DNA of 63,849 bases, filler included, from Octopus bimaculoides (GCF_001194135.2; 7 parts of 6 records of this genome joined end to end with filler, not necessarily neighbours in it); one strand, 5' to 3'; positions 1 to 12,071 are shown, counted from the first letter of the whole stretch. Translations and numbers: made by a program. Notes: generated by a model from the sequence alone, not told the origin.

Positions 1-59
1 TTTTAGCCTTGGAGTGATGCCACCCCACTAGCTAGGTGAGCGGGCCAACATTCTCCCTT

Positions 60-328
60 GGTTGAAAGTGGGGATTGAAGCCTAGTACTTTTTGCTGAAC
101 CGCTAAGTACTAGGTTGTCAAGCGATGATGGGGAGGCAAACACAGACCCACAAACATATACCTACATACATATATAAGACGGGCTTCTTTCGGTTTCCAT
201 CTACCAAATCCACTCACAAGGCTTTGGTCGTCCCGAGGCTATAGTAGAAGACACTTGCCCAAGGTGTCACACAGTGGGACTGAACCCAGAACCATGTTGT
301 TGGTAAGCAAGCTACTTAGCACACACGC
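60..328 (-). mobile_element. tRNA-headed SINE, family 1
   Basis: Reverse complement of gtgtggtaagtagcttgcttaccaac...ggttcagtcccactg...cttgggcaagtgtcttctactatagcctcg...gtggatttggtagacggaaac, with Pol III A/B-box-like motifs. Confidence 0.85.
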
Positions 329-768
329 AAATACAACTGTTTGTACATTTATATTCAGAGTTACACGTGTACAAGACGATAAAGACAACATGAGTGCACG
401 CGCTTATTCGTGTGTTGTGTGTGTGTGTGTGTGTGTGTGATAGCGTATGTATGTGCATATGAACACTGCAAATATAATACTCTATATGAAGTTAAACATG
501 CTTATGTTCCTCGTTAATGGTGCCTTTCCATGTTCGTCAGCAGTCTGACTAATTTGCTTAGCCAGTCTGCAGCTGACAGACCATTCATTATACAGGATCA
601 ATTGCAGGTACCAACAGCTATTCAAAAATTCTACCTACCTACCCACCTACCTACCTACCTGCCTACCCACCTACCTTGCCACTCAACATACATGCAATTC
701 AATACATCGCTACAAAGCATGTATCAACAACTTCAAACACATTCACATCTAAAAGCATACAGACAGGA

Positions 769-809
769 CTACTTATTTCTTTTGAGTAAAGCACAAGCAA
801 GACCACGCT
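769..809 (-). CDS. Probable terminal coding exon of the same unidentified gene
   Basis: Acceptor cccttccctcccactgcAG. Phase-compatible with 1575-1687, giving (E)RGLACALLKRNK then TAG at 769-771. Confidence 0.45.
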
Positions 810-1063
810 CTGCAGTGGGAGGGAAAGGGTATGTTTAGTTAATGGAATTGATCTTTTTTTTTTCTTTTTTGGTATGACATTAACGCATTTATTATTTTCA
901 TTGATAAACTGGTTGATTGAACTCTGGAGAGTAGTTTTAGACAATTTTCTTTGTCCCTCAGCTCTAGTGTAATCTTAACCCTTTTAGATACCAGAAGGTC
1001 ACTTGCCAGCCTCGTTTAGCTCACCAGCAATGTCTCACAAAGAGCAAGTGCCTTTCTCTTATA

Positions 1064-1266
1064 TGAGGGGGTGCTGAAAAGTTCCTTGCTTTGGGTAAAA
1101 GAAAATACAGGAGGATCAGTTAATTATGATTTTATTCAACATATTCCCCTCCCAGATTCACAGAATTATTGCATCAGTCCTTCAGTTTTTCTCAGCCCTG
1201 TAAAAGAACTTGGAGGGTTGGACCTCCAACCAGGCTTTTTGCTAGACCCTTAAAGCCAGGAACTTT
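1064..1266. mobile_element. Mariner-type MITE
   Basis: TA-TGAGGGGGTGCTGAAAAGTTCC 5' TIR and AAAGCCAGGAACTTT partial 3' TIR; no ORF. Confidence 0.8.
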
Positions 1267-1574
1267 AGAAACTGGCAGGAGATCTCCAAACAACCAGCAA
1301 GCACACTCTATAAAGTGTTGGCGTTAGGAAGGGCATCCAGCTGTAGAAATCATGCTAAATCAAGCTGGACACTGGTGCAGCTCCCCAGCTTTGGTGAAAC
1401 CATCCAACCCATGCAAGCATGGACAATGGACGTTAAATGATGATGATGATGAATCTTGCAATCATGAGTGCAACACCCTAACCACCCCAAGCCATGTGCC
1501 TTTATATTAATAAAACAGTAATAAGAGTATCGTTAAGAAGAGGGAGAGTAGATATGAGGAAGAAGAGGACTTAC

Positions 1575-1687
1575 CCTGAGGTTTGTTATTTTCTGTGGGG
1601 ATCCTATACAAATGACTAAGGTCCTTCTTTAGCATCTCATCACAGGCGCAACGTGCAATATATGAGGTCAGACCACTGGGGCAGTTG
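1575..1687 (-). CDS. Probable penultimate exon of an unidentified gene
   Basis: Strong acceptor ttttttttctcctgtttatgttgcAG and consensus donor CAGG|GTAAGT. Only one of three frames is open: NCPSGLTSYIARCACDEMLKKDLSHLYRIPTENNKPQ. No family recognised. Confidence 0.6.
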
Positions 1688-1800
1688 CTGCAACATAACA
1701 GGAGAAAAAAAATGACATTTAATTAGGAAATCAAATTAGTAATCTTCCAAATTATAATTAACATATAATGATTCAATTAAATAAAAACATATGAATAAAA

Positions 1801-1935
1801 GGCGCAGGAGTGGTTGTGTGGTAAGTAGCTTTCTTACAAACCAAATGGTTCCGGGTTCAGTCCCACTGCGTGGCACCTTGGGCAAGTGTCTTCTGCTAGA
1901 GCCTCAGGCTGGCCAAAGACTTGTGAGTGGATTTA
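1801..1935 (+). mobile_element. SINE family 1 (head)
   Basis: ggcgcaggagtggttgtgtggtaag...ggttcagtcccactgcgtggcaccttgggcaag. Confidence 0.85.
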
Positions 1936-2186
1936 TATCTATTTGCATTCACACACTCTAACCACATATACATATGCAAGATACACAACACACACAAACC
2001 TCATGCATTAGCATACCCCCGTCAACACCAACACCACCACCACCAGCGCCATCACCTCAGACACATGTCCAATCAGATGCATAAACACATGTTCACAGAG
2101 GCCAACTCGAATATCTACAAATGCACGAACACCAATATCGGATACATGCACAAACAGATTCCCAAATGCATGTATTAACATATGCC

Positions 2187-2220
<34 letters not shown>

Positions 2221-3142
2221 TAAGATGTGCATACCAATATATAAACACATATGTGTATGTGTGTTTGTGTATATAAACACATACATTAACACACACAAAC
2301 ACATATACACATATACAGAAATAAGATGCACATACCAATACACACACATACACACAGAAATGAGCTACACACACCAAAATATAAACATATACACATGCAC
2401 TCACACAAAAACAAGATGTGCACACCAATACGTGAACACACACACAGAGATATATACATATATACATAGAAATGAGATGCACACACCAATACATAAACAC
2501 ACACACACATACATACATACACATATATATTACCCACCAGCAACCTATAATCCTAACCAAATTTGTTCTAATTATGGCGATTATATTTCCATCATGATGT
2601 TAATAGAAATATTACAGTAAAAACCAGAATGGGGAAAAGTGGTGGCGGCGAGGGAGATGGCTGTGTATGTAAGTGTGTGTGTGTGCTGGGGGGGGGNNNN
2701 NNNNNNNNNNNNNNNNNNNNNNNNNNNNNNNNNNNNNNNNNNNNNNNNNNNNNNNNNNNNNNNNNNNNNNNNNNNNNNNNNNNNNNNNNNNNNNNNNNNN
2801 NNNNNNNNNNNNNNNNNNNNNNNNNNNNNNNNNNNNNNNNNNNNNNGGGGGGGGGGTTAATTTTTGTAAGGGGGTGCTGTTTTGTGGGGGTAGGGGCATT
2901 ATGGCAGGAACTGAAAGAAAAGAGAGGAAAACTGAAAATAAAAAGCAAAAGAAAACTGAAGATAAATAAACAAAAAGCCAACAGGTGCAGGTGTGGCCAT
3001 GTGGTAAGAAGTTTGCTTCCCAACCACATGGTTCCAGGTTCAATCTCATTGTGTGGCATTTCTTCTATAGCCTCGAACAGACCAAAGCCTTGTGAATGGA
3101 TTTGGTAGACGGAAACTGGCAGAAGCTGGTCATATATATATA

Positions 3143-3289
3143 TGAGGGGACGCTGAAAACATATTCCCCGCTCAGATTCACTCACTTATTGCAGTGATCC
3201 TTCAGTTTTTCTAAGCCCAGTAAAAAAAAAAACTCAGAAGGTTGGGCCTCCAACCAGGCCTTTCGCTACAACTTTTCAGCATCCCCTCG
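3143..3289. mobile_element. Internally deleted copy of the same mariner MITE
   Basis: TGAGGGGACGCTGAAAA ... AACTTTTCAGCATCCCCTCG TIRs, located in a (TA)n tract. Confidence 0.8.
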
Positions 3290-3343
3290 TGTACACACAC
3301 ACACACACACACATATATATACATACATACACATACATACATA

Positions 3344-3496
3344 CAAGGAGGGATGCTGAAAAGTTCCTAGCTTTGGGTAAAAGAAAATACAAGAAGATCA
3401 GTTAATTATGATTTTATTGAACATATTCCCGTCACAGTGGTCCTTCAGCTTTACTAAACCCTGTAATAGGACCCAGAAGGTTGGTCCTCCAAGCAA
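3344..3496. mobile_element. Third, 3'-truncated copy of the mariner MITE
   Basis: GGATGCTGAAAAGTTCCTAGCTTTGGGTAAAAGAAAATAC...ATTCCC matches 1064-1266. Confidence 0.8.
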
Positions 3497-3870
3497 GCGG
3501 TGTGTATGTGTGTGTCTATGTTTGTCCAACAGCTATCGTTTGACAACCGGTGTTGGTGTGTTTATGTCCCTGTAACTCAGCAGTTCAGCGAAAGAGACCA
3601 ATAGAATAAGTACTAGGATTAAGAAATAAGTCCTAGGGTCAATTTGTTTGACCCATCTCCCTTCCCCCCCAAAAAAACCCCTTCAAGGTGGTACCCCAGC
3701 ATAGCTGTAGTCAAATGACCAAAACAAATAAAGGAACAGAATGATTATTAGTGAAAATCTAACTCTTACTACAGATCTATCAAACCCATGTTGATGTACA
3801 GTTCTATATTTAAGAGATGAGGAATTTTGTACATTATTTACATTATTTACATTTTGATGGATTTCCCCAA

Positions 3871-3916
3871 GACACCTGATGAAGGCTGGAGGGTATATCA
3901 GCCGAAACGTTGTGTT
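3871..3916 (+). ncRNA. Minimal type-I hammerhead ribozyme motif (Penelope-like element type)
   Basis: GACAC-CTGATGA-A-GGCTG(gagggtatat)CAGCC-GAA-ACGT-T-GTGTT. Conserved CUGANGA and GAAA cores, 5-bp stem II, palindromic ACGT stem III, stem I ACAC/GTGT, GUU cleavage triplet. Confidence 0.6.
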
Positions 3917-3984
3917 AACAACAAACAAGATGAGGACAAATATCCGTCAAAATGTAAATAATGTCCATTGAAGATGTAGTAAAA

Positions 3985-4901
3985 CAGATGATGATGCTGA
4001 TGCTGAAAATGATGATGATGATGATAATGAATATTAGCATAAAGTCGAAGATGAAAATGGTGGTGATGGTGATAATGATGATGATGATGACACTGAAGAT
4101 GATGATAATGATGTTGATGGTTATAGAGACAGATATTAAGATGATTATGATAATGATGGTGAAACTAAAGAAGATGATGATGATGATGATGATAGTGTTG
4201 ATGGATATAAAGATAAAGTTGAAGATGGAGATGTTGATGATGATAAATAATGAAAAATAATGATGAGGAGGAGGAGGATATATGATGCTTCTGTTGCTGT
4301 TTAGAACGAATATGTAATAAGATAGTGAGGCCTTTCCAAATTCGAGGGGGGTGGGCAGGTGAAAGAGCCCAAAACAGTAGCAATTTAGATGCACAGCAGA
4401 TCTATCCAACCCACGTTAACACACTTAGAATGGCTATTAAAAACTGAAGAAGATGATGATGATGATAATGATAATTATAATAATTAGCATGAATACAATG
4501 ATGATGATGATGATGGTGATGATGACTACAACTAGGGCACACAGCCCCTGCAAAGAAAGCCTTGAACCTCAGCCAAATTGAAACTCGATAGGTAGGCAAA
4601 GTGTGAGAAAAAAATAGGGGTGAGGGGGTGGGGAGAAGGAAGNNNNNNNNNNNNNNNNNNNNNNNNNNNNNNNNNNNNNNNNNNNNNNNNNNNNNNNNNN
4701 NNNNNNNNNNNNNNNNNNNGGGAGGGAGGGAGGAATTAGAAATAAAAAAAGTGCCCCCTTAAAATGAAAAAATAAAAATATGAAAAGAAAAAGAAACTAT
4801 AAAAGATTAAAAAATAAAAAAATAAATATAACAAAGTTGGAAGGTGGGGAATGAAATTCACCCAAAGTGAATAACAGTGAAATTAAAGATCTGTAGTAGT
4901 G

Positions 4902-4935
<34 letters not shown>

Positions 4936-6440
4936 GTGGTGGTGGTGGTAGAGGTGGCTGTATCAGTGGTAGTGGTAGCAGAAGTAGTAGTAGTAATAAT
5001 AATAGTAATAGTAGGGATGTAGTAGTGGTGGTGGTGGTATTATCAGTACCAGTGGTAATAGTAGTAGTGGTCGTGGTGGTTGTAGTAGTGGCAGGGTTTG
5101 TTGCGGTTGTGGTGGTTGTAGTAGTAGTAGTGGCAGCGTTTGTTGCAGTTGTGATGGTGGTAGTAGTAACGTAGTAGTAGTGGTAGTGTTCGTAGTGGTG
5201 GTGGTTGCAGTAGTAGTAGTATTAATAGTAGCAACAGTAGAAGTGGTGGTAGTAGTAGTAGTAGTGTTTGTAGTTGCAGCAGAAGTGGTAGTGGTTGTAG
5301 TTAAAGTAACAGTAGAATGGTACTTGCCATGACCTCTACTTAGAGTAAAACATGTATATTTATGTGTGCACACACACGTGCATGTGCTGGGTGTTTATGC
5401 ACGTGTCTTCTGCATATATGCCTGTGCATGTGTATGAGTGAGTGTAATATGTGGGCGTGTATGTGTATATGTATGTCTACATATATGCGTGTCTTCATGG
5501 AATATGTGGGTGTTTGTACGTGTATGTGCATGTTTGTATGTGATGGTATGTGTATGTGTTTGTGTGTTTATATAACATGGGTGTGCATACACGTGTATAT
5601 GTGTATGTGTGTGTATATATATATATATATATATGTATATGTCTGAATGTATGAGTTTATGTGTTGGTGTATTCATGTAATACATGGATGTGCAAACATG
5701 TATGTGTGTATGTGTAAATGTATGTTTGTGTGAATGTAGTGTATGTGCATGTATGAATGTATGTGTGTGTTTATGTAATACGTGGGTGTGCATACATGTA
5801 TGTGTATATGTCTGTGTGAATGTATGAGTGTACGTGCTGGTCAATGCATGTGTGTGCATGTTTGGTTATGTAATACGTGGGCGTGTGTATGTGAGCATGT
5901 GCAAGTAAACATATGCTTGTGTATATATATATACATACACACATGTATATGTATGCATGTGAATGATGTGTGTACAATGTAGGCGGATGTATACATGCAG
6001 ATGTGCATACATAATGTGCTTTACATAAGTGTGTGGGTGTTTGTGTAAGTAAGTGCACATCTTGTCTCCGCTTCTGCCACCATCCTGCCACATGCATGCA
6101 CATGCAGAGCATCGACCTCCCTATCGACATTACCTCCCACCACAACCCACTCAGAATTACCACAATGGCAAGACAAGACAGCAGATGATGATGACAACAC
6201 CACCACCACTGTCACGACTACCACGTTACTGTCATAAGCTCAATCTGACAAAAGGCTTTCCTCCTCCACCACCACCACCACCACCACTACATGTCATAAC
6301 AAGCACCACTATCACGACAACCACCACCACCACCACCACCACCACCACCATGTCATGCCATCTACAAGCAGGCACCATTATCATGCTATAACAGCCACCA
6401 TCGCCACCAACACTACTACCACTACTATTACTGCTGCTGG
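3985..6440. repeat. Cluster of simple repeats: (GAT)n, (TAG/TGG)n, (TG/TA)n, (CAC)n
   Basis: Directly visible; source of the poly-M, poly-V and poly-T ORFs. Confidence 0.9.
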
Positions 6441-6618
6441 TGCCACCACCATCCAGAACCAAATATAATCGATAAAGTGAACCGAAATTATTGATTGCTA
6501 GGCGTCGAAGAAACCGATTTCCAGTATCTGGAATATATATTTCTTTGTAAGAGCAGCACTGAAGAATTGCAGGAAGAGATAGATAGCAAGAAAAACAGAT
6601 AGATTAGATTTGATACAC

Positions 6619-6658
<40 letters not shown>

Positions 6659-6731
6659 GGATGGATGGATGGACGGATGGATGGATGGATGGACAGAAAA
6701 ATAGGGATAGATCAGATTTGATACGCAGATG

Positions 6732-6765
<34 letters not shown>

Positions 6766-7125
6766 TAAACAGAGATAGATAGACAAAACAAACAGAGAGA
6801 GATAATTAGATAGATATAAATGGATAGTGAGAGAGTATTTTTCATGAATAGAGCCAATCACAAAATAAAAATGAAGAGAGGGTTCTTTTGCTTGCATTTT
6901 TTTTTTTAGTGGTAGAGACATGGAATGCAGTGATTGATTATATTGAGAACCAAAATTGTTCCACATTATCAGCAAAATCAAAAAACATTTTCATGATCTA
7001 AAGAAAAAACAAAACAAACAAAAAAATTATAGTCATCATCATCATTATTATTCTCAATGTGGTCAACATTATCATCACTATTAACACGTTGTGGGCCAGC
7101 GGAGTGCCTTGGGACCCCAGCAAAC

Positions 7126-7179
7126 TTTGGAGTGATCACCACTGATGGTGACGTTATGCCTCCATTCAACTTCCCACAT
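7126..7179 (+). mobile_element. Small maT-type transposase relic
   Basis: Translates as FGVITTDGDVMPPFNFPH, typical of the DD37D catalytic domain between the first two Asp. Confidence 0.55.
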
Positions 7180-7837
7180 ACAGTAGATGTATGCCCAAGG
7201 TGCTGAATTTGAAACCAAGTGGCTTCAAAATGAACCTAACTGGCCTTCTTGCTGGTGGCACGTAAAATCACCCACTACACTCTCAGAGTGGTTGGCGTTA
7301 GGAAGGGCATCCAGCTGTAGAAACTCTGCCAAATCAGATTGGAGCCTGGTGTAGCCATCTGGTTTCACCAGTCCTCAGTCAAATCGTCCAACCCATGCTA
7401 GCATGGAAAGCGGACGTTAAACGACGATGATGATTATGATGATGATGTTAAATATGTATTGATTTTACCCTTGGCTTTGAGATTTCAACAAAGTGATTTT
7501 TTAATTTTCAGAATGACATTGTAGGGCAGGTGTGAGAAGCCAGATCTGGATGGTTCGAACACAGAACAAGAAGACTATTTGAGTTAGATAAGGTCAATTT
7601 AAATTGTGTGTTTGTGGTTACACAAACCCACACCTGTAACTTTGCATTTGTGTGTGTGTGTGTGTGAAAGAGAGAGAGAGAGAAAATAAAGAGGAGAAGG
7701 TGTGAAGGGAAGAAATGAAATTGAGACAAGGTAAGACTGTGACTTATGTGGTTAGCAACCGTGCGCATGTATGACAGTGCATGAACGTGTATATATGAGC
7801 ACATGTTGCATATGTATTTGTGTGTGTGTGTGTGTAC

Positions 7838-7951
7838 CTGAAAGATAAGGAGCGAGTGAGAGACAGAGATGTGGGAGTGTCTGTGCTAATGTGGGTGCAG
7901 TAAGAGTGAATGAGGAAGGAGTTGTGCAGGTATTGGGTGAGACCCATTTAC
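7838..7951 (-). CDS. Candidate symmetric (phase 1-1) exon, unidentified
   Basis: Acceptor ttttcacctgatatgtAG and donor CAG|GTACAC. The 114 nt have one open frame, KWVSPNTCTTPSSFTLTAPTLAQTLPHLCLSLAPYLS. Phase does not join directly to 1575-1687. Confidence 0.3.
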
Positions 7952-8324
7952 CTACATATCAGGTGAAAATACAACAATAGAAAGGAAATCAAGCGTAGCA
8001 AGAAACCTGACCAAGCAGGTCAGTAGGTCACCATTGTTGGTGTTGTTGCTGTTGTTTCAGTGTGCCCCCACCCCCACCCTAACCGCCCAACCCACTCTTT
8101 AAACTCACACTTTTCTTATCTCTCCTTTCCCATGGCTCGACCTTTATGAAAAAGAAAAAGAAAATACAAATCTCTGAAGTGATCTTTACTAAGCCTGATG
8201 ACAGTTGCTTCTGAGAGGACCCTAAAGTGAGGTACCCACGACCTTTCCAGAAGTAATGGGCAGAAAAGGAATAATGGAACATTTTCCTTGCTTTCTTTGC
8301 AGATGACTTTATACCACACTGGTA

Positions 8325-8590
8325 ACCTACTGGCACGTAAAATACACCATTTTGAGCGTGACCATTGCCAGTACCGCCTGACTGGCCTTCGTGCCGGTGG
8401 CACGTAAAAGCACCCACTACACTCTCAGAGTGGTTGGCGTTAGGAAGGGCATCCAGCTGTAGAAACTCTGCCAAATCAGATTGGAGCCTGGTGTAGTCCT
8501 CAGTCAAATCGTCCAACCCATGCTAGCATGGAAAGCAGATGTTAAACGACGACAATGATGATGATGATGATGATGATGATGATGTTAAAT
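8325..8590 (+). mobile_element. SINE/LINE 3' tail of RTE type ending in (GAT)n
   Basis: ggttggcgttaggaagggcatccagctgtagaaac...ccaacccatgctagcatggaaag...gttaaacgacga(tga)n. Related copies at 1300-1450, 7239-7450, 50876-51110 (-), 52440-52715 and 52840-53111. Confidence 0.8.
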
Positions 8591-8960
8591 ATGTATTGAT
8601 TTTACCCTTGGCTTTGAAATTTCAACAAAGTGATTTTTTAATTTTCAGAATGACATTGTAGGGCAGGTGTGAGAAGCCAGATCTGGATGGTTTGAACACA
8701 GAACAAGAAGAATATTTGAGTTAGATAAGGTCAATTTAAATTCTAAAGGATTAAGACGAGAAGTAGTATCAGTGGGAGTAGAGAACACTACAGTGGTGGA
8801 AGTAGTACAGTTGGTGATATAGTAGTATTAGTGGTGATAGTGTTGATGATAGTAGTATTAGCAGTGGTGGTGGTAGTAGTTGTAGTGATAATAGCAGAAA
8901 TGGTTAATGATGGTGATAGTAATGATGGTGATAGTAGTGATGATGGTAGTAGTGATGATG

Positions 8961-9029
<69 letters not shown>

Positions 9030-9326
9030 TTGATGAAGGTTTGAGGCACTCACTATAACAATGGTGGATGTAAGAGTTATATTTAAAACTGTGATTCAGG
9101 TTTCATGTGAAGGTGATGATGATGATGATGATGATGATGATGGTGATGCTGCTGCAGTAAATGATGATGATGATGATGATCATTCATGCTGAGATCCGAT
9201 CTGATCAGACATCCGATCTGATCAGACAAAGTAAAAATAAAAAAGGAAGAAAAAAAAAACGAGGAAGGGGAAAGGGAAGTTGCATTTATTTAAATGTTAT
9301 GATTCAGGTATGACGATAGTGGGGCT

Positions 9327-9358
<32 letters not shown>

Positions 9359-9385
9359 TGCATGCATGTTGTGTGTGTGTGTGTG

Positions 9386-9485
9386 NNNNNNNNNNNNNNN
9401 NNNNNNNNNNNNNNNNNNNNNNNNNNNNNTTAATTAATTAANNNNNNNNNNNNNNNNNNNNNNNNNNNNNNNNNNNNNNNNNNNN
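9386..9485. other. Artificial 100-bp scaffold join with a six-frame stop spacer
   Basis: 44 N + TTAATTAATTAA + 44 N. Identical joins at 32135-32234, 42635-42734, 53112-53211, 56933-57032 and 60946-61045. Confidence 0.97.
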
Positions 9486-11046
9486 TATATATATGTATGT
9501 GTGTATGTATGTATGTATGTATGTATATAACATGCTATAATTATAAACAGGCAAATTTTAGCCCTTTCTACGCAGAATGAAAAATTTCATGAACAACTTA
9601 AATCGATTTTCGAACCTTATGGGGTTCTCATCATATATATATATATATATAATAAAGAGAGAGAGACACACAGAGAGAGACAGAGAGAGGGATAGGAAAA
9701 GAGAAATACTGTGTGTTCGTGTGTGTATTCTGAATTTGTGTCAAATTGAGTTACATATTGTATATCATGGCTCGTCCGTCAAAATTGACCGTATATAGCA
9801 ACTACCAAAATAGCAAAGTCAAATAAATATTTGGTTAAATTTAGTAATAAATGAAAAATAGAACGAAATATAGAAAATCCGCGAGAGAAATGCCAGAGCG
9901 TATCATGCCTGTTCGATGGGTGTAGAACATACAATTCAACGGCTTTCACTAAAAGGTACTTCAGCAGCCGATACGTTTATGCATAGACACAGTTGCCAAT
10001 TTATCTCCTTTTATATAATCATCATAATGACGCTTGGAAAAGAAGCAAGTCGTGGCGTGATTGATCGAACAAATACAAATGGCAGTCAACTATTATCTAT
10101 TAAAATATTAAAGAACACTCTAGACAATGCAATTCGGATACAAAATACCTAAATAAACTCGGAATGGTCATAGCTCGATCGAAACTGACACGGGAGTTGA
10201 ACAATAACAAAAGCAAGACCACCACAATAGTCAATAAATGTTGGTTGCGATCATATCATCATCAAAAATACTTTTCTGCAGTAGTTTTTATTGTCTTGAA
10301 ACTCTACAGAATGTATTTCATGAAGATGAATAATAAACAGATATGCATGTGTACATATGTATATATGTGTAAATGTATGTACATGTATATATACGAATAT
10401 TTTAAATTCACAAAATACAAGAAAAGCGAAATAATATATTGATATTCCATTATCTATTCTCCTGTGAATTAAAATTGACTAGAACAGTTTTCAAATGAGT
10501 TTTTCTTACACATTATCATCGAAGTAAATCTAAAAAAATACTCATGAAGTGAAATTCATGTTTTTTTAATACAAGGTTATTTATAAGTAGTTTTATTATT
10601 TCTTAATCGTTTATCCTGATGACATATCTCCATACTTCCAAATTTGGTTACGATTCTCTTGCTGAAAATGTTTTAACGTAGAAGCTTCGTATCTTTTCAA
10701 ATGGTTCTCTATTTAAATGATTGTTTATTTATTTGATTTTAACGCCCTTCTCTTTGACATTTAAGACCAACATTTATCTCCTTCCATTTTCTTCATATTT
10801 ATCTTCTTTACTGTGCTCATTTTTAAATTTAACTTAGAAACTACAATTTTGAAAGACTAGAAAAAAACACTGCTGGTTATTTACCACACACACTAGAATT
10901 GCAAATGTAATGAAAGATTTTTTTTTTTTATCTTTGCAAATGTATTTAACAGTCCGTAACATTTTTATAGATTATTTTGCCCAACAAAATAATCTATATC
11001 TCTCTATCTATCTATGAATGAATGAATGTATGTATGTATGTATGTA

Positions 11047-11430
11047 GGCGTAGGCGTGGTTGTGCCGTAAGAAGCTTGCTTCGCAACCGCATGGTCTCCG
11101 CTTCAATCTCATTGCATAACATCTTGGGCAGGTATCTTCTACTATAACCTTGGATCGAGCCTTGAGACAGTCAAGCATTGTCAGTAGATTTCGTAGACTC
11201 AAACTCAAAGTAGCTTGTCATATATATTTATGTATGTCTGCGTCTATATGTTGATGAGTGTACGTCCTCATAAAGGGTCGGCATAACATAACGGTTCGGC
11301 AAAAGACACAGATATAATCAATACCAGGTTTTTAAAAAAAATAAATAATGAGGTCGACTCATTCGACTAAAAATTCTTCAAGGTGGTGCTCTATCATGGC
11401 CGCAATCTAATAACTCATACAAATAAAAGA
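11047..11430 (+). mobile_element. SINE family 1, degenerate full length
   Basis: Head, internal (TA/TG)n and 3' aaaagacacagatataatcaataccagg...gactcattcgactaaaa all present. Confidence 0.75.
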
Positions 11431-11459
11431 TGAAATATATATATATAATATTTCTTCAT

Positions 11460-11491
<32 letters not shown>

Positions 11492-12071
11492 NNNNNNNNN
11501 NNNNNNNNNNNNNNNNNNNNNNNNNNNNNNNNNNNNNNNNNNNNNNNNNNNNNNNNNNNNNNNNNNNNNNNNNNNNNNNNNNNNNNNNNNNNNNNNNNNN
11601 NNNNNNNNNNNNNNNNNNNNNNNNNNNNNNNNNNNNNNNNNNNNNNNNNNNNNNNNNNNNNNNNNNNNNNNNNNNNNNNNNNNNNNNNNNNNNNNNNNNN
11701 NNNNNNNNNNNNNNNNNNNNNNNNNNNNNNNNNNNNNNNNNNNNNNNNNNNNNNNNNNNNNNNNNNNNNNNNNNNNNNNNNNNNNNNNNNNNNNNNNNNN
11801 NNNNNNNNNNNNNNNNNNNNNNNNNNNNNNNNNNNNNNNNNNNNNNNNNNNNNNNNNNNNNNNNNNNNNNNNNNNNNNNNNNNNNNNNNNNNNNNNNNNN
11901 NNNNNNNNNNNNNNNNNNNNNNNNNNNNNNNNNNNNNNNNNNNNNNNNNNNNNNNNNNNNNNNNNNNNNTATATATATATATATGTATGTATGTATGTAT
12001 AAATATATGTTTGTGTGTGTGAGTGTGTGTATACAGAGGTTAGACAAAATAATGGAAACTCCTTAATGTTT

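Larger units (their letters stand above)
2984..3735 (+). mobile_element. SINE family 1, split by two MITEs in its internal microsatellite
   Basis: Head at 2984-3132 and 3' part at 3500-3735 (tttgacaaccggtgttgg...gatagaataagtactagg...tcaaatgac). Confidence 0.8.

Noticed and set aside
6502-6546. + strand mini-exon candidate GVEETDFQYLEYIFL
   Set aside because: It conflicts with an equally plausible - strand reading and has no partner exons; unresolved.
8116-8403. 95-aa - strand ORF with protein-like text (ENVPLFLFCPLLLERSW...)
   Set aside because: It begins inside a SINE, has no recognisable domain and no matching splice structure.
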